Source of the DNA: Pseudomonadota bacterium
Lineage (GTDB): Bacteria > SZUA-182 > DTGQ01
Direction: 5' to 3'
DNA: 64,000 bases
NCBI GenBank assembly: GCA_030625085.1
Contig: DAOURK010000009.1
Span: forward strand, 1,237 to 65,236
Part shown: in pieces, positions 59,390 to 64,000 of the stretch
How the letters are laid out: the number at the start of each line of letters is the position of its first letter
Numbering within the stretch: position 1 is the stretch's first letter
The notes under the pieces: model-generated
What the model saw: only the letters and a program-made list of their open reading frames with translations
Database searches by the model: none
What the model was told of the DNA's origin: nothing
Program-made: the position numbers and the translations under genes

Positions 59390-59717
59390 AAAGGATTCCT
59401 ACCGTCTTTTCTTATCTATAAATTTTGTCTTTGCTGATTATGTGAAATTATATTAATTATACCTTAAAAGATTCCTTCTTTCAGTCAAAATGACAAAAAA
59501 AGAAATTTTCTCTTAGGCGGTTATTTTATATCTGTTCCAAAAATATTTTGTTTTAGCACAGGTAGGGCTAAAAGTCAAACAAAAACCACTATTTCACCAA
59601 GGTAACCAAGGTATTTGATTATTGACAGAAATTACAAAACATGCTAAAAATAATATTCTTTTCAAAACAATATTTTATATAATAATAGTATTCTACTACT
59701 TATACTTTTTATCATAT

Positions 59718-59795
59718 GCGCCCGTAGCTCAGTCAGGATAGAGCTAGGGATTCCTAATCCCTGTGCCGGCAGTTCGAGTCTGCCCGGGCGCACCA
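59718..59795 (+). tRNA. tRNA-Arg(CCT)
   Basis: GCGCCCG acceptor stem, D arm GCTC/GAGC, anticodon arm AGGGA-TTCCTAA-TCCCT, T arm GGCAG-TTCGAGT-CTGCC, encoded CCA. Confidence 0.95.
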
Positions 59796-59805
59796 TTTCG
59801 TTTTC

Positions 59806-59840
59806 AATGGGTTAGAGAAAATGGCTCTAACCCATTTTTT
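59806..59840 (+). terminator. Terminator-like hairpin after the tRNA
   Basis: AATGGGTTAGAG / CTCTAACCCATT followed by a T-run. Confidence 0.7.
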
Positions 59841-59846
59841 ATTTTG

Positions 59847-59882
59847 TGTGGGGTTTTATGTGGGGTTTTATGTGGGGTTTTT
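59847..59882 (+). repeat. TGTGGGGTTTTA x3 (possible integrase arm-type sites)
   Basis: 12-bp tandem repeat about 50 bp inside attL. Confidence 0.6.
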
Positions 59883-60098
59883 GTATTTCCCACCAAGCTC
59901 TGGTCTCTGAAGACCTTGGTTTTATACCCTCTTTTTTTTGATCGTTGCCATAAAATTATTATTGAATAGCAGGCAGCTATAATCATTTAGGAGAAAAAGA
60001 AAGGTAAACTAAAAATGTGGTTTTGTATTTTAAGAACAGATAAAATAAGGGGGTTTTTGAAAATGAAGATTTTTAGGATAAATTTAAATAAGACAAAG

Positions 60099-60362
60099 TT
60101 ATTCCCAGGGCGTTTTTGGGAGTCTATTAAGAGCTTTTATATATCGTTCAGGATTGAAGGGTTCATTTTTCTTGAGTATGTCAAATATCTCGGCAGAGAC
60201 TACACAACCAATTAATCGTTTTGCTTCTTCTTCGGAATTACCCTCTTCAATCAAGCGTTTAAATGTATGTCTAGTTTCAGGAGGATCATTATTGTGAATC
60301 TGGTTCATGACAACTTCCAAAACAACTGCTTTTAATTGGGGATTCCCTTCTGCTTTATCCAT
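60099..60362 (-). CDS. Hypothetical protein
   Basis: 87 aa with SD GGAG; NQIHNNDPPETRHTFKRL...EPFNPERY. Confidence 0.7.
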   Translation of the reverse strand: MDKAEGNPQLKAVVLEVVMNQIHNNDPPETRHTFKRLIEEGNSEEEAKRLIGCVVSAEIFDILKKNEPFNPERYIKALNRLPKTPWE

Positions 60363-60402
60363 TTAATCTCCAATTAAGTCTAATCAAAAAGACTTTTTAT
60401 TA

Positions 60403-60795
60403 TTAAGAGCTTCCTATGAGAGCGGCGACATAGTCAACAAAGTCTTCAGCTTGGGGAAGCCAAGGGCGGACTCGAGATTCTTCAAATATGACAAAATCGA
60501 TATAATCGCCTTCTTGCCGACGTTCGAAAAGATCATTATAAATCTGAGCTAATTTTTTAGGGATCTTTCCTGTTTTGACAAAATATTGATTAAAAAGACT
60601 TCTTACACCAGAATGTTTTGAAGAGAAGCGCCCTTCTTGAGCGAGAAGAGCCGAGATAGCATAAAAACAAGCATAATAAAGCCGATTTACGCATGGATTC
60701 CACCGGTTTGCGTTTGCTAAAATACGAGCGTCTTCCAAAGTGTCGCGTGCTCTTTGAATACGGTATTGAACAAGCTCCTTATTTAATTGGTTCAC
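60403..60795 (-). CDS. HEPN-domain protein (toxin of an MNT-HEPN pair)
   Basis: VNRLYYACFYA, SKHSGVRSLF, ERRQEGDY. Confidence 0.88.
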   Translation of the reverse strand: MNQLNKELVQYRIQRARDTLEDARILANANRWNPCVNRLYYACFYAISALLAQEGRFSSKHSGVRSLFNQYFVKTGKIPKKLAQIYNDLFERRQEGDYIDFVIFEESRVRPWLPQAEDFVDYVAALIGSS

Positions 60796-61106
60796 AATAT
60801 TATCCCTTCATCCTCAACATTCCGGTGAAATGGTGTTTCTTTGAGAGGCGGACTATTCCATTCCTGACGATTGCGGACAATAGAACATAAAACTTCACCA
60901 CTTTCCCATTCTATTTCGTAAATGTGATGTCGGATTTTATCTACACGTTGATCATTAATAGTCCCATCCAGCAAGATCAGGAAATCCCAATCGGCTTCCC
61001 TTTTTGAATCATTGCGTGCACGGGAACCATAAAGAATAATCTCACTCTGAGGTTCCATTTCTTTGACGGTTTCTTTTACTTTTGATAATAAAAATTCTCG
61101 ATCCAT
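60792..61106 (-). CDS. Minimal nucleotidyltransferase (MNT antitoxin)
   Basis: ILYGSRARND...ADWDFLILL; 4-bp overlap with the HEPN gene. Confidence 0.9.
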   Translation of the reverse strand: MDREFLLSKVKETVKEMEPQSEIILYGSRARNDSKREADWDFLILLDGTINDQRVDKIRHHIYEIEWESGEVLCSIVRNRQEWNSPPLKETPFHRNVEDEGIIL

Positions 61107-61473
61107 GGTGTGCTCCTTCTATCTTCATTTCATTTCATTAAATTATACAATAATATTCAAAAAAATTCCTTTTATTTTTTTATGCTTTTTAATTTAGACA
61201 AGGTAATCGATTGAATTTTATAGAAATCCAGGGCAATGTGTGATTTTGTTTAGAAAATTTTTCAAAATTTGCCAAGATAAGCAAAAATCTGATAAAACCT
61301 ACCAAACATTCATCTTATCATTTCAAATACTTACTTAAATTTGAGGAAGTTAGAAAGCTCAGAGGTTGCGATTCCTAATCCCTGTGCCGGCAGTTCGAGT
61401 CTGCCCGGGCGCACCAATTATTTTCAATGAGCTAGGTGGTGGGGTCTGAATCATGGTTTTCCCTGGTAGCCGG

Positions 61474-61520
61474 CTTGTTTCTCCTTTACCAACTGGCTAT
61501 GTTGGTAGAAGAGAAACAAG
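61474..61520 (+). terminator. 20-bp-arm hairpin downstream of attR
   Basis: CTTGTTTCTCCTTTACCAAC / GTTGGTAGAAGAGAAACAAG with 2 mismatches. Confidence 0.5.
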
Positions 61521-61558
61521 ATTTACACATTATAATCAATTTGATAGAATAAGGGATT

Positions 61559-63781
61559 ATGAAATCCCCAAACGATGCTCATCTGCCAGATCAAACACAG
61601 TCTATCCTCAAAAATATATTTGGATACGATGAATTCAGACCCCTTCAAAGAGAAATCATCCATAATGTTCTCAACAAAAATGACACGATGGTCATCATGC
61701 CGACGGGGGGTGGAAAATCACTCTGTTATCAAATTCCCGCCCTCATTTTTCAAGGTCTGACAGTGGTCGTCTCTCCCTTAATTTCGCTGATGAAGGATCA
61801 AGTCGAACAACTGAGGGAGATTGGCGTCCAGGCGGCATTTTTAAATAGTACATTGTCATATGAACAATACCGGCACACGGTGGCGCAAATAATGAAGAAT
61901 GAAGTCAAGTTACTTTACCTTGCCCCTGAAGCGCTGTTCCGGGAAAAAACCTTGGCCCTCCTTTCATCAGTTAAGGTTGATTGCTTAACCATCGATGAGG
62001 CTCACTGTATTTCAGAATGGGGGCATGATTTTCGCCCTGAATACCGAAAACTTGTTGAAATCAGAAATCAATTTCCCTCGGCAGTATGTATTGCGCTCAC
62101 AGCAACAGCAACCCCGCGGGTACAAAAAGATATCCAAGAAAACCTCGGTTTTGATCAGTCCAATGAATTTATTGCCAGTTTTAACAGGAAAAACTTGTTT
62201 ATCCGGATTGTGCCAAAAAACGATCCTTCTGCACAACTAATACAATTTTTGAAAAAATTCCCTAATCAATCCGGTATCATTTACTGCTTTTCCCGCCGGC
62301 AGGTAAATGATTTGTATGAGGTATTACTAGAGAGAGGTTTTTCAGTCAAGCCCTACCATGCCGGTTTATCTGAAAAGGAGCGCACCCAAAATCAGGAATT
62401 ATTCATTCGGGATGATGTGCAGATTATCGTAGCAACGATTGCTTTTGGCATGGGCATCAATAAGCCGAACGTGCGTTTTGTCATTCATTATGACCTTCCC
62501 AAAAATATCGAGACCTATTATCAGGAGATCGGAAGAGCGGGTCGAGACGGCTTAAGAGCCCATTGCCTGTTGTTATTCGGCTATGGGGACATACAAAAAA
62601 TTAAATATTTTATCACCCAAAAGAGCGAACAGGAACAAAGAGTGGCCAATCTTCATCTGAGCGCTTTATTACGCTTTCTTGAAACCGATGCCTGCCGCCG
62701 CATTCCATTGCTCACCTATTTTGGTGAAGATTACTCAGTCCCCAAATGCGATTCATGTGATAACTGCCTGGAAGAAGAAAAGGAGCTTGTAGACATCACC
62801 ATTGCCGCCCAAAAGTTCCTTTCCTGTGTCAGTAGGACGGGTGAGATATTCGGCACCAACCATATCATTGATGTTTTGCGGGGCTCCCAATCCCAAAAGA
62901 CATTGAAATTTAATCATCAAAATTTATCAACCTATGGTATTGGGAAAGAGTATTCAAAAAGGCAGTGGTTTCATCTGTCCCGGCAATTCATCCGGAAGGG
63001 CTTGATGACGCAGGATATGGAATTTGGCAGTTTAAAACTTACTCCAAAAACCTATGAGGTGTTTAAGGGCACAGAAAGGGTATGGGGTAAAATCGACGAA
63101 GAAAGGGAAGTGAATTACAACCAAAGAAAAGAAAGTGAATGTGAATACGACCATGATTTATTTGAATTATTGAGAAGCAAACGCAAAGAATTGGCTGATA
63201 AAGGTAACGTTCCCCCTTATGTGATTTTCCCGGATAAAACCCTTATTGAGATGGCCGTTTTTTTCCCTCAATCCAAAAAGAATTTATTGAATATGCACGG
63301 AGTCGGATCAGCACGATTTGAAAAGTATGGCCATATTTTTTTGAATATCATTAAGCACTATTGCCTTGAACATCATATTCAAGAGCAATCAAAGCATACA
63401 GCCATCCATGGGACATCCATCTCAAAGCCAAAGCCAAGGTCGAGTCTGATCCTGAAACGAAAACATGTCATTGTGGGCGAGGCATACAATGAGGGCACAT
63501 CAGTGAGCGAAATTATGGCCAAGTTCGGCATTAAGCTGGATACTGTTTTAACTCATTTATCCAAATATCTGCAGGAAGGACATACTATCCGATCTGAGGG
63601 CATCCTTAAGGTTTCAACATTAACCTCTGATCAGCAAACTGCTGTGATGCAAACCATCGACAAGCTCGGCACAGGATATTTAAGGCCCATCTTCGAGGCG
63701 ATGAAGGAAACAATCAGTTATACTGAGATCAAGATTCTTCATCTGTATTACATAATTACGCACACCAAAAAAACGCTATAA
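61559..63781 (+). CDS. recQ: ATP-dependent DNA helicase RecQ
   Basis: MPTGGGKSLCYQ, IDEAHCISEWGHDFRPEY, ATIAFGMGINKP, YYQEIGRAGRDG, Zn site CRR..CDSCDNC, RQC and HRDC domains, C-terminal HTH. Confidence 0.97.
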   Translation: MKSPNDAHLPDQTQSILKNIFGYDEFRPLQREIIHNVLNKNDTMVIMPTGGGKSLCYQIPALIFQGLTVVVSPLISLMKDQVEQLREIGVQAAFLNSTLSYEQYRHTVAQIMKNEVKLLYLAPEALFREKTLALLSSVKVDCLTIDEAHCISEWGHDFRPEYRKLVEIRNQFPSAVCIALTATATPRVQKDIQENLGFDQSNEFIASFNRKNLFIRIVPKNDPSAQLIQFLKKFPNQSGIIYCFSRRQVNDLYEVLLERGFSVKPYHAGLSEKERTQNQELFIRDDVQIIVATIAFGMGINKPNVRFVIHYDLPKNIETYYQEIGRAGRDGLRAHCLLLFGYGDIQKIKYFITQKSEQEQRVANLHLSALLRFLETDACRRIPLLTYFGEDYSVPKCDSCDNCLEEEKELVDITIAAQKFLSCVSRTGEIFGTNHIIDVLRGSQSQKTLKFNHQNLSTYGIGKEYSKRQWFHLSRQFIRKGLMTQDMEFGSLKLTPKTYEVFKGTERVWGKIDEEREVNYNQRKESECEYDHDLFELLRSKRKELADKGNVPPYVIFPDKTLIEMAVFFPQSKKNLLNMHGVGSARFEKYGHIFLNIIKHYCLEHHIQEQSKHTAIHGTSISKPKPRSSLILKRKHVIVGEAYNEGTSVSEIMAKFGIKLDTVLTHLSKYLQEGHTIRSEGILKVSTLTSDQQTAVMQTIDKLGTGYLRPIFEAMKETISYTEIKILHLYYIITHTKKTL

Positions 63782-64000
63782 TTCTGCCTTCAGTAGGGGG
63801 GGTCAGTGAATACCAGTCGGCAGCCTCGCGCCTCTTTGGAGAAACCATAATTATAACGCGCGTTAAGTGTAATAATATTCAGGTAAACCATATTTGTGTG
63901 ACTCGAGTCATAAGTGTGGTATTTATAAACCATATTTATGTCGGGTGTCTGCTTTTATTCTTTGCTTTTTGAAACATCGTCCGGCTTTTTTTCATAATTC

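Larger units (their letters stand above)
59749..61416. mobile_element. Minimal tRNA-Arg-integrated islet bounded by a perfect 47-bp direct repeat (attL 59749-59795, attR 61370-61416); no integrase
   Basis: GATTCCTAATCCCTGTGCCGGCAGTTCGAGTCTGCCCGGGCGCACCA occurs twice. Confidence 0.88.

Noticed and set aside
59804-59986. ORF with a KTPH repeat
   Set aside because: Translation of the 12-bp TGTGGGGTTTTA repeat beside attL; no RBS or domain.
1408-63781. Many short ORF-track entries overlapping larger genes (e.g. 6681, 9609, 37987, 38461, 40910, 52764, 55094, 58329, 61995)
   Set aside because: Antisense or alternative-frame shadows with no motifs or convincing RBS.

Overview
Chromosomal window from an AT-rich Gram-negative bacterium, probably deltaproteobacterium-like (inferred from the lipid A genes and an XrtD/VPLPA-CTERM system). 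(1) 1-27.2 kb and 37.8-43.6 kb: one large minus-strand exopolysaccharide/exosortase locus. It carries Wza, an outer-membrane barrel, a Wzc-like pair, an ExeA-type ATPase, GT4s, a Wzy/ligase-family protein, an ABC flippase, sulfo-/pyruvyl-/methyl-transferases, an ATP-grasp enzyme, a heparinase II/III-family protein, a WecG-type GT, an exosortase-EpsI fusion and a WecA-type initiator. (2) 27.5-37.8 kb: a roughly 10 kb co-oriented mosaic of small toxin-antitoxin cassettes and gene fragments splits that locus. Its junctions are marked by strand-biased G-rich heptamer tracts (NNAGGGC, including TTAGGGC x4). It also holds a four-helix-bundle (Avd-fold) gene and stand-alone copies of the C-terminal domain of an Rpn nuclease. 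This is the most novel-looking part of the window. (3) 44.3-52.1 kb: a cluster of VPLPA-CTERM surface-protein genes, several of them damaged, plus an HDOD protein and a sigma-54 activator with a degenerate receiver. (4) A secreted Gly/Met-rich tandem-repeat protein, then lipid A genes (gnnA-like, lpxI, lpxA, fabZ), a GspM-like gene, a TPR gene and a PHP gene. (5) tRNA-Arg(CCT) with a 47-bp att duplication enclosing a 1.6 kb integrase-less HEPN/MNT islet, followed by recQ. Several REP/MITE-like palindromes lie in intergenic regions. All family assignments come from motif recognition by eye; no searches were run.
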